Origin: Candidatus Heimdallarchaeota archaeon
GTDB lineage: Archaea > Asgardarchaeota > Heimdallarchaeia > Hodarchaeales > Hodarchaeaceae
DNA length: 64,000 bases
Direction of reading: 5' to 3'
Assembly: GCA_011364965.1 (NCBI GenBank)
Contig: RDOB01000003.1
Location: forward strand, 160,001 to 224,000
Below are positions 1 to 10,265 of this stretch, piece after piece (the stretch's first letter is position 1; every line of letters starts with the position of its first letter). The notes under the pieces are model-generated. The model searched no databases. It had not been told where the DNA came from and saw only the letters and a program-made list of their open reading frames with translations. A program made the position numbers and the translations under genes.

Positions 1-2
1 AA

Positions 3-68
3 GGATTTGGACACAAATATATACTTGAAAATAGGAAGCTGCTTTCTGAACGTGAAAATAAATCTTGA
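3..68 (+). CDS. Possible C-terminal end of a gene entering from the left edge (…GFGHKYILENRKLLSERENKS*)
   Basis: Open frame from the window edge to TGA at 66-68, converging on the 85..348 gene; too short to identify. Confidence 0.3.
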   Translation, partial: GFGHKYILENRKLLSERENKS

Positions 69-84
69 TTTTCGGTGAAATTTG

Positions 85-348
85 TTAATACCATTTCTTC
101 TCTTCAACAATTTCCTCATTAGAATAATCACTTAAGAGCTCAAATTCAATTAAATCACTTAATATACACGATTCAAACTGAAATTTACGACAAAAGGATA
201 TCCAAGGACAATCAGACTCGCAATAGGGGTGGGGAAGTGATTTAAAGTACTCTGATGATTTACGCAATTTGGAAATCAGAATTTCACGGATTGAAGATCC
301 TTGGTAATCCAAATCCATGTGTAAAATAATTAAATCGGATCTTCTCAC
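85..348 (-). CDS. Small hypothetical protein with a C-x3-C-x5-C Cys cluster
   Basis: 87-aa ORF; GGTGAG SD 6 nt upstream of the GTG start; YCESDCPWISFC motif. Confidence 0.55.
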   Translation of the reverse strand: MRRSDLIILHMDLDYQGSSIREILISKLRKSSEYFKSLPHPYCESDCPWISFCRKFQFESCILSDLIEFELLSDYSNEEIVEEKKWY

Positions 349-485
349 CTGAATCTCACCTTGATTACATTTTATGGAAAAAGCTCTTTATAAAGACTTC
401 TATGGCTTTTAAATACCTTTCAGGAGAGGGAGATAACCGAAAATGACGAAAATGAGAATCTGAAGACAAAATAATAGATATCATA

Positions 486-1283
486 CTATTCATAGCTATA
501 GCTAAGATCTGGAAATGTAGTATCACGAACTTCGCTGTTATACTGTTGAACCGCTTTCAATATTTGTTCTTTCAAATTTAAATATCTTTTAACAAATTTT
601 GCTTTGAAATCAAAGTACCCCAGCATATCATAAGTTACAAGAACTTGCCCATCACAATAAGGACCCGCGCCAATTCCGATTGTCGGAATCTGAATTGATT
701 CTGTTATTTTCTTAGCAACTTTCCATGGAATACCTTCAAGTACTAAAGAAAAAATACCCGCAGATTCTAGCTCCACAGCTTCCTTAAGTAAATATTGAGC
801 TGTCTCTTCTGTTCGAGCTTGTACTTTGAATCCTCCAAATCGATAATAAGATTGGGGAGTTAGACCAAGATGACCCATTACGGGGATTCCTGCATCAAGA
901 ATACCATGTATTGCAGCGACACGCTCACTTCCTCCTTCTAATTTAATAGCTTCGGCATTCCCTTCTTGGACAAGTCTAATGGCATTTCTAATTGCTTCTT
1001 CAACAGATATTTGGAATGTACCGAACGGCATATCTCCAATAACCATTGCTCTTTTGACACCTCTAGCAACTGCTTGTGTATGGCGAATAGAGTCTTCTAA
1101 AGTCACTTTCAACGTAGTAGCATGACCATGGACTACCATTCCCATAGTATCCCCCACAAGCAAAAGATCCGTACCTGCCTCATCTAAGATAGAGGCCATC
1201 ACAAAATCGTATGCTGTAAGCATAGTAATTTTATCTTGTCTTTTTTTCATTTCAATAATTTCAGGCGCTGTAACTTTCTTCAA
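486..1283 (-). CDS. panB: 3-methyl-2-oxobutanoate (ketopantoate) hydroxymethyltransferase
   Basis: ITMLTAYD, LLVGDTMG, KLEGG, GHLGLTPQ, IGIGAG..CDGQVLV motifs; GAGGTGA SD before TTG. Confidence 0.97.
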   Translation of the reverse strand: MKKVTAPEIIEMKKRQDKITMLTAYDFVMASILDEAGTDLLLVGDTMGMVVHGHATTLKVTLEDSIRHTQAVARGVKRAMVIGDMPFGTFQISVEEAIRNAIRLVQEGNAEAIKLEGGSERVAAIHGILDAGIPVMGHLGLTPQSYYRFGGFKVQARTEETAQYLLKEAVELESAGIFSLVLEGIPWKVAKKITESIQIPTIGIGAGPYCDGQVLVTYDMLGYFDFKAKFVKRYLNLKEQILKAVQQYNSEVRDTTFPDLSYSYE

Positions 1284-1292
1284 ATGATCACC

Positions 1293-2078
1293 TCAAATTT
1301 CTAATGCACTCTCTTCGGAAGCTAGTTTTTTCAAACGAAAAACTATAAATTCTAGAGCTTCTCGTAAAAGCTTTTTATTTTCTAATGTCCCTCTAAGCAT
1401 TTTTATTTGATCAGGAGAGGAGTTTTTCAGTTCCTTAGCTATCTCAATCATTTCAGTAATTGATCGCGTAATATTGTTGGTAATTGAAACGGTAGCAGTG
1501 AGAGATGTCCTAGAGAGAGGATTAAGATCAACAGTTACGATATTTTTCCCCAGATTCCTTAAAGCCATGGATCGATCCCCGTCCTCTAAGGGAACAAAAA
1601 CACAATCGGATTGAGCAATTCCTCTTGAATCAACAATTCGACGTAAATGAGATAGTTCTGGTATTGTTTCTTGCATATCAGGATCTATTCCTAATACCTG
1701 ATCCGCACCTGCGTCGTCAAGAACCTTTTTGATTGCTAATTCCCTTTCTTTTGTTCTATAAAAGAGATTAATCTCGAGAGGCGCCCCTAGCTCTTTACTC
1801 AACGCAACCAGTTCTTTGGGACATAATACAGCAACATTCCCATTTACAGATATTACTGGTTTTTTCGCTTCAAGTAATAATATTACTGCAAGAGTTTCTT
1901 GACGAATAGCAAAATTAGGAGTTCTCTCTCCCAGTAAATAATCAAAAGCTTCTCCACGTCCATGAGCAATTAATCCTGCTTCAGCAACAATATTTTTATG
2001 CATTCCTTCAATTATAACCTCTCTCGTTCTCAGGGATTCATATCTTGGATGATCCTTTGGAATTTCATGTAGAGTAAT
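1293..2078 (-). CDS. Archaeal phosphopantothenate synthetase (PPS); start extended to ATT at 2078
   Basis: GLIAHGRGEAFDYLLGE, ISVNGN, VPLEDGDR, DLNPLSRT motifs; the conserved N-terminal IPKDHPRYESL is in frame upstream of the track's ATG (2003). Confidence 0.93.
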   Translation of the reverse strand: MTLHEIPKDHPRYESLRTREVIIEGMHKNIVAEAGLIAHGRGEAFDYLLGERTPNFAIRQETLAVILLLEAKKPVISVNGNVAVLCPKELVALSKELGAPLEINLFYRTKERELAIKKVLDDAGADQVLGIDPDMQETIPELSHLRRIVDSRGIAQSDCVFVPLEDGDRSMALRNLGKNIVTVDLNPLSRTSLTATVSITNNITRSITEMIEIAKELKNSSPDQIKMLRGTLENKKLLREALEFIVFRLKKLASEESALEI

Positions 2079-2980
2079 TAGTTACACCTCTTGATTGTAT
2101 TTTCACATATTGTTTCGTAATTAATAGGAATTTTCTTTTTTAGAATAATTATATCTTTTAGATTCCGATAAAATATGAAGAATGCTTCTCCAAGCATAAT
2201 TTGTCCTCCAAAAACATTTGCAGGAAGCACAGTTAATTGCTGCTTTAACCTTGGGGAAGCCAAGTTTGCTTCTTTAGTAAATTTAGCGCACAAGAAAATG
2301 AAATTTTCAAATGTTGGCTTTTTTTGCAATTCTGAAATGAGTTCAGTACCCGATTTGTTAATAGCAGCCCTTTTAGCAGAGTTTGTAAGAACTAAAGAGG
2401 TTTTTAAAGGTCCTAAATGTACAGTACCGATATTCCATTCGTTATACCCATTTAAAGATACAGTTTTCCCTATTCCAGGGGCACCCTCTTGAATTCGGAG
2501 CTCTGCACCTCCTTGGTACAGTCCAATAATATCTCCAAGTCCACCCCGTGCTAAAACTTCTGCTGTATGTGCAATTTGAAATAATTTCATATCTGGATAC
2601 CCAAGATCTAGAAATTCATTCACTGCAAACGCTGTGCCGAGTGCACCAGCCGCAGAGGCGCCATACCCCGAGGATAAAGGAATTTCAAATTCATGAGAAA
2701 TTTGGAAATTTTTTAGTTCAACATCTGTTCCTAGTAAATCTAATACTTTAGAGGTGACCAAAGCTTCTTTTCGAGAAATTTCTTGGTGATCATAATAAAT
2801 TTCGATTCTCTCTCGTTTGCTTGGTTGAATTGTTGTTATTACGCCACGATTTATTGATAAACCAGCTCCCCGTGAACCCTTGAAAAGTGGATCAGGATGC
2901 ATATCTCTGATTTCAAAAATTCCTGTTAAATGACCTGCAACCCAATAAGAGACCTTTTTAGACACAAAAAATTCCTTCAC
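2078..2980 (-). CDS. Pantoate kinase (GHMP kinase family, archaeal PoK)
   Basis: GHLTGIF, GSRGAG, PLSSGYGASAAG, AH.AEV...GGLGD motifs; in CoA operon. Confidence 0.93.
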   Translation of the reverse strand: MKEFFVSKKVSYWVAGHLTGIFEIRDMHPDPLFKGSRGAGLSINRGVITTIQPSKRERIEIYYDHQEISRKEALVTSKVLDLLGTDVELKNFQISHEFEIPLSSGYGASAAGALGTAFAVNEFLDLGYPDMKLFQIAHTAEVLARGGLGDIIGLYQGGAELRIQEGAPGIGKTVSLNGYNEWNIGTVHLGPLKTSLVLTNSAKRAAINKSGTELISELQKKPTFENFIFLCAKFTKEANLASPRLKQQLTVLPANVFGGQIMLGEAFFIFYRNLKDIIILKKKIPINYETICENTIKRCN

Positions 2981-3897
2981 TTCAGTGGATATCTTTCAAG
3001 ATGTCGGACTAGATCTGCGATTGCAGAGTTCACAGGAGCTTTCAATCCAAGTCTTTGACTTTCATCAGCAATATATCCATTTAAATAGTCAATCTCGGTT
3101 CTACGACCTCTTTCGATATCTTGAAGCATACTGCACTTGTTATCCTTGGTTTTTTCAATAACCTGTAATATGAAATCTTTAGTTGTTGAAAGATCTTCAT
3201 CTGGGAGGTGATATTTTGCTACAGCAAGGCCTTCTTGAAGAATTGCATCAAAGATCTTTCCTATTGAGCTTTTTTCTAGAATTCTACCATTAGGTACATG
3301 CAATAAAGCACCCAAAGGACATATAGTAGCATTTGTAAGTAATTTATGCCAAATTTTTACTTCCATCGATTGCGTTCTTTTCGTGTCAAAACCAGATTTG
3401 CGCAACATACTCTGTATAAGCGATCCAAAACCATTCTCCTTACCTGCAATTATTCCAAACGTTGTTTTACCAAAAGCCACATGTTTAACGATTCCAGGAT
3501 GGATTAATTCTGCAGCCTCAGTTGTTATTGCACGAAAGATAGAATTCTCGGGTAAACTCTGTTTGAATGCGTTTTCGTTCCCAATTCCATTTTGTATAAT
3601 AAATATCGGAACTTCAGGAGAAATCTGACCCTTTAGTGTTTTTGCAACATTTTTATTATCATAAGCTTTAGTTGTGACTAAAACTGCCTCGGGAGAAATG
3701 ACCTCAGGTTGAAAATCAGCTTTTGCAGGAAAATGTGATATAAATTCGTTTCCATTTTCAATGATACGTAATCCAAATTTATTAATTTCATCTATATGAG
3801 GAGTACGTCCAATTACAGATATATTATGACCTGTATAAGCCATCCGACCAGCAAATAATGATCCAATACTTCCAGCACCGTATATTGCAATACTCAT
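2977..3897 (-). CDS. panE: Ketopantoate reductase
   Basis: GAGSIG Rossmann motif, TTKAYD, QNGIG, WHKLLTN, SMLQDIERGRRTEIDYLNG. Confidence 0.95.
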   Translation of the reverse strand: MSIAIYGAGSIGSLFAGRMAYTGHNISVIGRTPHIDEINKFGLRIIENGNEFISHFPAKADFQPEVISPEAVLVTTKAYDNKNVAKTLKGQISPEVPIFIIQNGIGNENAFKQSLPENSIFRAITTEAAELIHPGIVKHVAFGKTTFGIIAGKENGFGSLIQSMLRKSGFDTKRTQSMEVKIWHKLLTNATICPLGALLHVPNGRILEKSSIGKIFDAILQEGLAVAKYHLPDEDLSTTKDFILQVIEKTKDNKCSMLQDIERGRRTEIDYLNGYIADESQRLGLKAPVNSAIADLVRHLERYPLK

Positions 3898-5144
3898 ATC
3901 ATTTTCCTCCTTGAGAAGTCAGTTATGATTATTTCTGCAATTTTGATCCCAATCTGAGTTTTTGAATCACTAATAACTATTGGAGTAGAATTAGGTAGAA
4001 GTATGATAATATCATTTCTCTGGGCTTCAAATCCCTTCCCAAGTTCACCAACCCAATTAGCACATACCATTTGAACCTTATTCTTCTCCATAAAGGCTTT
4101 CGCCCTATTAATTAACTCATCTTCGGAAACTCCTACTTCTGCTTTGTAAGCAACAATATAGAGATCGTGATACCTTTCACGTATGGTTTTTATCATCTTT
4201 TTGGTAGGAGTAAGCTCGAGAACCAAATTTTCTTGTTGAGATTTAATCTTACCAGGTTTGTAAATCGGTTTATAATCAGAGACCGCTGCTACAGAAATTA
4301 AGGCATCATACGAAGTTGATGATAGTTCTTTTTCAACAGCTTCTAGCATATCACTAGTTGATTGGACTACTTGATAAGAAAAGCCTAATGTAGATAAATT
4401 CAAGGAATGGTTTGCCCCTATAATTAATTTAAGCTCTGCTCCAAATTTAATAAGGGCATTAGCAAGAGAATTCGCAGATAAACCTGAAGAGGGGTTGGAA
4501 ATAAACCGAACATCATCCAAAAATTCACGTGTCGCTCCACCAGTTAGAAGGAATTTCTTCCCTTTCAATGGTTTTACGTCATCAATAAGGTTGAAAATCT
4601 GATCCATCAGAACAGAGATTGGGGGAAATTTGTATTTATTTTCAATCTCAGATCGCTTTTGGAAGTGAATACCTAAATTCTGCAATTTTTGGATATTCTG
4701 TTCCATGATGGGATTATCCAATAACACAGTATGGGCAGCAGGCACAATTAACATAGGAATTCCAGCTCCGTAGGCAGCTAAGGCTGCTAATGTAACAGGC
4801 CCATCTGCAATTCCGTGAGCTAGCTTAGCTATCGTATTAGCTGATGCAGGGCATATTAAAAATAGATCAATTTTATAATCAGGATGAAAAGTCCATTTTA
4901 CATGTTCAGATAATCCAGTAATTTCAGTATACGGAGTTTTATCCATACACCAAGTTAAAGAATCGATAGCAACAAATCGAGTTGCTTCTTGAGATAACAC
5001 AACAATAGGTTCACCCGAATACCGGATAATTTCTCGTATTAAATGTGGAACTTCTATTGCAGCAATGGATCCAGTTACACCAATCAAGATTCTTTTTCCT
5101 TCTAATTGGAGACCTTTGGAACCATAAATTTCGGATGTAACCAT
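3894..5144 (-). CDS. coaBC: Bifunctional phosphopantothenoylcysteine decarboxylase/ligase (archaeal type)
   Basis: GVTGSIAA, PASANTIAKLAHGIAD, TGGATREFLDDVRFISNPSSG, AAVSDY, YKAE motifs. Confidence 0.95.
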   Translation of the reverse strand: MVTSEIYGSKGLQLEGKRILIGVTGSIAAIEVPHLIREIIRYSGEPIVVLSQEATRFVAIDSLTWCMDKTPYTEITGLSEHVKWTFHPDYKIDLFLICPASANTIAKLAHGIADGPVTLAALAAYGAGIPMLIVPAAHTVLLDNPIMEQNIQKLQNLGIHFQKRSEIENKYKFPPISVLMDQIFNLIDDVKPLKGKKFLLTGGATREFLDDVRFISNPSSGLSANSLANALIKFGAELKLIIGANHSLNLSTLGFSYQVVQSTSDMLEAVEKELSSTSYDALISVAAVSDYKPIYKPGKIKSQQENLVLELTPTKKMIKTIRERYHDLYIVAYKAEVGVSEDELINRAKAFMEKNKVQMVCANWVGELGKGFEAQRNDIIILLPNSTPIVISDSKTQIGIKIAEIIITDFSRRKMI

Positions 5145-5371
5145 TATGATCGATCCCGATTTAGGGAATCCATAGATTCCTTTTAAGAATCAGGGTTTAA
5201 CTCCATTCCTTTGTATAAGTTGAATATACAGTATTGTTTTGATAATACAAAGATGTAAAAAAACCTCAAAACACTTAAGCTTAGATATTTGTTTTCTCTA
5301 AATAGACAATTGAGCATAAATTCCTTGTTGTTTCATTCTATGCCAGAAAAATTGAATCTTGGTGGTCGTGA

Positions 5372-6250
5372 ATGTCGTTAACTCAAATTTTTGGAGATCT
5401 GATTCTCAATAATCCTATAGAAGGTATTTTCTTCACAATTTTTGCATTTTTTGTGGGTATTTTGTCTTCAGTTTTGGGAGTTGGAGGTGGATTCATTACT
5501 ACTCCCTCCTTAATACTTATGGGAGTTCAAGAAGCCTATGCAGTTGGTACAGTCCTTGTAATGATTATTTTTACTGCTTTATCCTCGTCTATAGCATATT
5601 ATCGTAGTTCAAAATTGACTGAATATAGAACAGGACTTCTTGTAGCGATTACTACAGTAATTGGAGCCATAGCTGGTAGTACATTGAGCTCAATAATGGC
5701 AACTCAGAACCCAGCTCTCTTTAGAGTGGTTTTTGCTGTCTGTCTTATTCCCATTGCGATTAAGATGATTATTTTTCCTAAACAACGAAAAAAAGGGGGA
5801 GCTAGCATTGATGAAATAGAGCATGATGAAGTAATTTGGCTTGGTTTTGAGAAAAGAGAATTATATTGCACCATATTAGGATTAATTGGTGGATTCTCAT
5901 CTGGATTACTCGGTATTGGAGGAGGGGTCTTAATGGTTCCAATATTGGTTCATGTGGGCAAATTAAGTATGCATAAAGCTGTTGCAACATCAATGTTCAT
6001 AATGATCTTTACAAGTATTGCAGGAGCTGTTGTAAAACTTGGAATGGGTCAAGTTCATCCAGATCTAGCCTTTTTTCTAATTATAGGAATAATTATAGGA
6101 GCCCAAATTGGGCCTTATATAATCAAACGTATTCAAACCACGCGGCTGCAGCAAATTTTCGGATGCATGATGATTATTGCATTAATTTCTATTGCAATCG
6201 GAAGAGATCAAATCGTAAGGATTATTCAAGAAATTTTCTTATTAGTCTAA
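5372..6250 (+). CDS. TauE/SafE-family membrane transporter
   Basis: Duplicated G(V/I)GGG..(T/V)P motif, AVATS, about 8 TM helices; divergent from the CoA operon. Confidence 0.88.
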   Translation: MSLTQIFGDLILNNPIEGIFFTIFAFFVGILSSVLGVGGGFITTPSLILMGVQEAYAVGTVLVMIIFTALSSSIAYYRSSKLTEYRTGLLVAITTVIGAIAGSTLSSIMATQNPALFRVVFAVCLIPIAIKMIIFPKQRKKGGASIDEIEHDEVIWLGFEKRELYCTILGLIGGFSSGLLGIGGGVLMVPILVHVGKLSMHKAVATSMFIMIFTSIAGAVVKLGMGQVHPDLAFFLIIGIIIGAQIGPYIIKRIQTTRLQQIFGCMMIIALISIAIGRDQIVRIIQEIFLLV

Positions 6251-6322
6251 TCTGATAAATGCATCAAACAAAAAAGTAAAAGCACTAGGTTATAAACCCC
6301 TCAAGTTATATATTGAATAGAA

Positions 6323-6342
6323 TATCATATAATAATATGATA
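6323..6342. promoter_or_regulatory. Inverted repeat TATCATAT-N4-ATATGATA, putative operator upstream of the response regulator
   Basis: Perfect 8-bp arms in an intergenic region; AT-rich, so chance cannot be excluded. Confidence 0.35.
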
Positions 6343-6404
6343 CAAATGTTCAATTATGAATATAATATTTCTGAACCAGAACGATTTTAAGAGAGGGTAT
6401 ATTA

Positions 6405-6791
6405 TTGAAAAAACATAGGATTTTAGTTGTTGACGATGAGGAGGATACAGTTGAACTAGCACGTATGGTTCTGGAATACGAAAATTATGAAGTTATTTCT
6501 GCTAGCAATGGAGAGGATGCATTAGAACTCCTCAAAGAAAACAGAAATAGACCGAATTTAATTTTATTAGATGTTCTCATGCCAAAAATTAGTGGACTAG
6601 AAGTTTGTAGATGGATAAAAGAGAACAATGAATTAAAAAATATACCAGTTCTACTATTTACTGCAAAGGTAGGTAAAAAAGATAGGCAAGCAGGTGAAGA
6701 AGCAGGGGCAAACGCATATATCAATAAACCATTTAGCGCAGAGGACTTACTAAATCTAATTAAAAAGCATCTAGATAAAGAAGAAAATTAA
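6405..6791 (+). CDS. Stand-alone response regulator receiver domain
   Basis: ILVVDDE, LLDVLMP, FTA, KPF. Confidence 0.95.
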   Translation: MKKHRILVVDDEEDTVELARMVLEYENYEVISASNGEDALELLKENRNRPNLILLDVLMPKISGLEVCRWIKENNELKNIPVLLFTAKVGKKDRQAGEEAGANAYINKPFSAEDLLNLIKKHLDKEEN

Positions 6792-6797
6792 CTCAAT

Positions 6798-7121
6798 TCA
6801 AAACCTTAAATTTTCAATAAAAACTCTCATTGATGGAAATCGCTCCCCTAAAGTCACCAAAAAATTCCTTGTGCAATTAACCAAACGAAACGTTAAATTA
6901 ATTCTCCTATCAATATAATCAATTGAGGAATGAATATCAATTCCATAGTTTCGTTGTTCTAGGAATCGGAAAGTGAAATGCCAGCGTTTTAATGACTGAA
7001 GATAGAATTGAAACTGCTCTTCATTCACTACAACTAATAAGTTAGAAGGAGAATTCTGTACAATTGAAATATACCTCTTTCCAGGTTTAATCAAGGAAAT
7101 AAAATTGTCAAGACTAGTCAT
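6798..7121 (-). CDS. Hypothetical protein
   Basis: 107-aa ORF starting directly after the FAH gene stop (translational coupling). Confidence 0.6.
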   Translation of the reverse strand: MTSLDNFISLIKPGKRYISIVQNSPSNLLVVVNEEQFQFYLQSLKRWHFTFRFLEQRNYGIDIHSSIDYIDRRINLTFRLVNCTRNFLVTLGERFPSMRVFIENLRF

Positions 7122-7919
7122 TTAATCTACTCCAATCTCAAGAGTACCAATTGATTGAATTGTGGCTGTAATTTTGTCTTCTCGTGCAAGAGGCCCGACA
7201 CCGCTCGGAGTGCCTGTAGCAATGATATCTCCAGGCTCCAAAGTAGTGATTGTGCTACAATAGCTGATAATGTCAGGGATAGAAAAAATCATTTGACTTG
7301 TATTACCTTTTTGACGGATTTTACCATTGACCTTCAATTCTAAATCCAAATTTTGTGGATTTAAAATTTCATTTTTAAGCACAATAAATGGACCAAGAGG
7401 ACAAAATGTATCAAATCCTTTAGATACAAACCATGGACGTCCTTCTTTCTTAGCAATTGCCTGAAAATCACGTGCTGTAATATCCAGAAGAATAGAATAT
7501 CCAAAGATATAATCTATACTCCTCAATGGCTCTATATTTTTTCCTTTTTTGCCTATTACTACCGCTAATTCTATTTCATGATGGATTTCCTCAACCTCAG
7601 GAGGAAAATATATGTTTCTATTCGGACCCAATAAAGAAGACGGAGGTTTTAAAAACAAAGACGGAATTGGAGGAAGATTTCTTGGTTCAACTCCCATTTC
7701 CACCGCATGGTCTGGATAATTCTTGGCTAAGCAAATAATTTTTGAAGGGTTGTTAATTGGCAAATCTAAGGGAGGAATATTATCTAAAAGTTCATATTCT
7801 GAAGTTTCAATTAAGGAAAAATCGAGAATTATCTCTTTAAGACTACCTAGACTAATATATTTCTTTATAAGAGAGGCTTCTGAAGTGATTACACTATTTT
7901 TAGAAATTCCGATTTTCAT
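7122..7919 (-). CDS. Fumarylacetoacetate hydrolase family protein
   Basis: KIICLAKNY.DH, FLKP, HEIELAVVIGK, KGFDTFCPLGP, GDIIATGTPSGVG. Confidence 0.95.
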   Translation of the reverse strand: MKIGISKNSVITSEASLIKKYISLGSLKEIILDFSLIETSEYELLDNIPPLDLPINNPSKIICLAKNYPDHAVEMGVEPRNLPPIPSLFLKPPSSLLGPNRNIYFPPEVEEIHHEIELAVVIGKKGKNIEPLRSIDYIFGYSILLDITARDFQAIAKKEGRPWFVSKGFDTFCPLGPFIVLKNEILNPQNLDLELKVNGKIRQKGNTSQMIFSIPDIISYCSTITTLEPGDIIATGTPSGVGPLAREDKITATIQSIGTLEIGVD

Positions 7920-8152
7920 AAAGGCTCCTCATGTTTATAATTTGGATGGATACGCTCTATAATCTGAATAATAGAATAATATTTATTTATTCTTAATGAT
8001 TTGACGTTAAATCAACTTTGGAACGAGTTCAAAAACTTTCTTTTTAATTCCTCATTCGCCTTCTAGAGATTCGAGATCGGTATAAGCTAAAAAACTTACA
8101 TACAATTGAAGCTTAATAATCAACAAGAGGAAATTATTGATTATTATGAGGT

Positions 8153-9091
8153 ATGAATGTGAAATATCTAGTAACTGGTGGCGCAGGATTCGTCGGGAGC
8201 CATCTAATTGAATCATTACTTGCTGAAAATCATGAAGTGGTATGTTTAGACAATTTCAGCACAGGAAAAGAAACCAATATTGAGGGATTCAAAGAGAATA
8301 TAACAATAATAAATGGAGATATAAGAGATCCAAATAAGGTTCGTGTAGCCCTGAAAGATGTTGAAGCTGTTTATCATCTCGCTGCTCAAATTTCTGTTGC
8401 TAGATCTGTGAGAGAACCAATATTTGATGCTTCAGTTAACATTGAAGGGATAATAAATCTTCTTGAATCGATATTAACATCAGATATTAATCGTTTAATT
8501 TTTGTAAGTACTGGGGGTGCAATTTATGGTGAACCTTTACAAATCCCAGCAACAGAAATAACTGAAGAAAAACCTATTTCACCTTATGGAATAAGTAAAC
8601 TTACTAGTGAAATCTATTTACAATGGTACCATAAAATACATGGGATTTCCTATTCAATTATCAGACCAGCAAACATTTACGGTCCTAGACAAGATCCTCT
8701 TGGAGAGGCAGGAGTCATATCCATATTTCTGGGAAATATTTATTCAAATCAGCCTGTTACAATTTATGGTGACGGAACAGATACTCGTGATTATATTTTT
8801 GTCAAAGATATTGCTAATATTTGTATGAAAGCAATGGAATCTTCATATTGTAACACCTATAACGCAGGAACGGGAATAGAAACTAATTTATTAGATCTTG
8901 TTAAAGTCATTGAAGAAGCTACAGGTCAAAAAGCTGAAAAAGAATTTAAACCTCCCCGACCAGGTGATGTGAAACATATAGCGCTTGATTCTTCAAAAGC
9001 ATTAGATGATTTCAAGTGGAAACCTCAAAATGATCTTCTCAGTGGAGTACGAACCACTTGGAAATGGTTCCTTTCAACGCAGAAGTCCTAA
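8153..9091 (+). CDS. NAD-dependent sugar epimerase/dehydratase (GalE-like extended SDR)
   Basis: TGGAGFVGSH, STGGAIYG, YGISK, RPANIYGPRQ. Confidence 0.93.
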   Translation: MNVKYLVTGGAGFVGSHLIESLLAENHEVVCLDNFSTGKETNIEGFKENITIINGDIRDPNKVRVALKDVEAVYHLAAQISVARSVREPIFDASVNIEGIINLLESILTSDINRLIFVSTGGAIYGEPLQIPATEITEEKPISPYGISKLTSEIYLQWYHKIHGISYSIIRPANIYGPRQDPLGEAGVISIFLGNIYSNQPVTIYGDGTDTRDYIFVKDIANICMKAMESSYCNTYNAGTGIETNLLDLVKVIEEATGQKAEKEFKPPRPGDVKHIALDSSKALDDFKWKPQNDLLSGVRTTWKWFLSTQKS

Positions 9092-10098
9092 ATCCCAGCA
9101 ATTATCTTAACTTTTTCCTCTTGCTCTTTTATCCATTTCTCATCTACATTTGGAGACCCAAACCATTTCCAAAATGATCCCACAACTGGAGGATCAAGTT
9201 TGACATCCAATCTAGGATTTTGAGCTACTAAGAAAAATGCTTGCCATAATTCTCCAACAGCAGTTTGGTATAGACGCTTAATTATTTTATCATCTGCTTG
9301 AGCCTTTAATGCTTTGGAATATTGATTTAATCTTTTCTCTGATTCATTTATAGATACAAATGCCGTTAAAATCCACATTTCCCTCTCTGTTTTCACATTT
9401 TTTCTATAAAGATGTTCTGCTAATAATTCTAACTCTTTTCTTGCATTGATTAGCTTTTCGTAATTAAAAGAAGGAATTTGTATTAAATTGGCAAAAAATT
9501 GAAAGAGTTTTATATCTAATTGGTTTAATGAGTCCAATAGGAGAGAAGCAGGACCAATATCAAAATCATTTTTTTCCATTAAAGGAATACATATAGCCTC
9601 TTCGGCTGCTTTTATCAACCAGATGTAGGCGTCTGCTAACATATCCTCTTGAATTCGATTATTCATTCTACTAAGTAAAACCTGTGTTGTTTGACGTTTC
9701 AACTCAATCACTTCAGATTGCCACTTGATCTGAGGAGCTAGTTGAACCCATTCTTTTAAACGACCTCGAGGGTCGTAGATAATGTCAGAATTGCGTAAAA
9801 GTCTTATCACTGTCGCAATTTGCCAATAAGGTACGCTTTTCCTTCCCTCAAGAACATCTGTAAAAAATGATGGAGGAGCAAATGTTAATTTTATTTCATA
9901 TTCATCACTTTCTGATAGATCAGTTACCCTAGTTTCTTTTAAATCCCTTACACCCTCTCTCACTGCCCAAAGGTTGACTGTTGATTCTAGTTCTTGAAAC
10001 TCATCATGAATAAGCAGTCGCCCGATTTCTTGGTGTTGTGCCTCAATTCTCCCCAATAGAGTTGTTATGATGCGATCTAGAGCGATATTATCGATCAA
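9088..10098 (-). CDS. Hypothetical protein, possibly a degenerate nucleotidyltransferase fold plus helical (HEPN-like) domain
   Basis: GGAGGT SD + TTG; IIYDPRGRL motif typical of the NTase C-terminal strand, followed by an all-helical region. Confidence 0.6.
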   Translation of the reverse strand: MIDNIALDRIITTLLGRIEAQHQEIGRLLIHDEFQELESTVNLWAVREGVRDLKETRVTDLSESDEYEIKLTFAPPSFFTDVLEGRKSVPYWQIATVIRLLRNSDIIYDPRGRLKEWVQLAPQIKWQSEVIELKRQTTQVLLSRMNNRIQEDMLADAYIWLIKAAEEAICIPLMEKNDFDIGPASLLLDSLNQLDIKLFQFFANLIQIPSFNYEKLINARKELELLAEHLYRKNVKTEREMWILTAFVSINESEKRLNQYSKALKAQADDKIIKRLYQTAVGELWQAFFLVAQNPRLDVKLDPPVVGSFWKWFGSPNVDEKWIKEQEEKVKIIAGI

Positions 10099-10265
10099 AA
10101 AGATACCTCCTTTTTATTTTATTTCTATTGAACTTCTGATGATATCATTAAAATTATCTTTGTTTTTATAAAATATGAGCTTATAGAGAATTCGGAAAAA
10201 AGGGGGATAATGATTTTTAATAAATTATTATAGCTGTATTCTTGAAGAAAAAGTAGGACTCTACA

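Noticed and set aside
4560-4760. CoaBC lacks the bacterial LACG substrate-clamp Cys
   Set aside because: A shortened clamp is usual for archaeal CoaBC; not evidence of a pseudogene
6798-7121. Faint resemblance to NuoC/EchD-like subunits
   Set aside because: No ERE motif and no respiratory-complex neighbours
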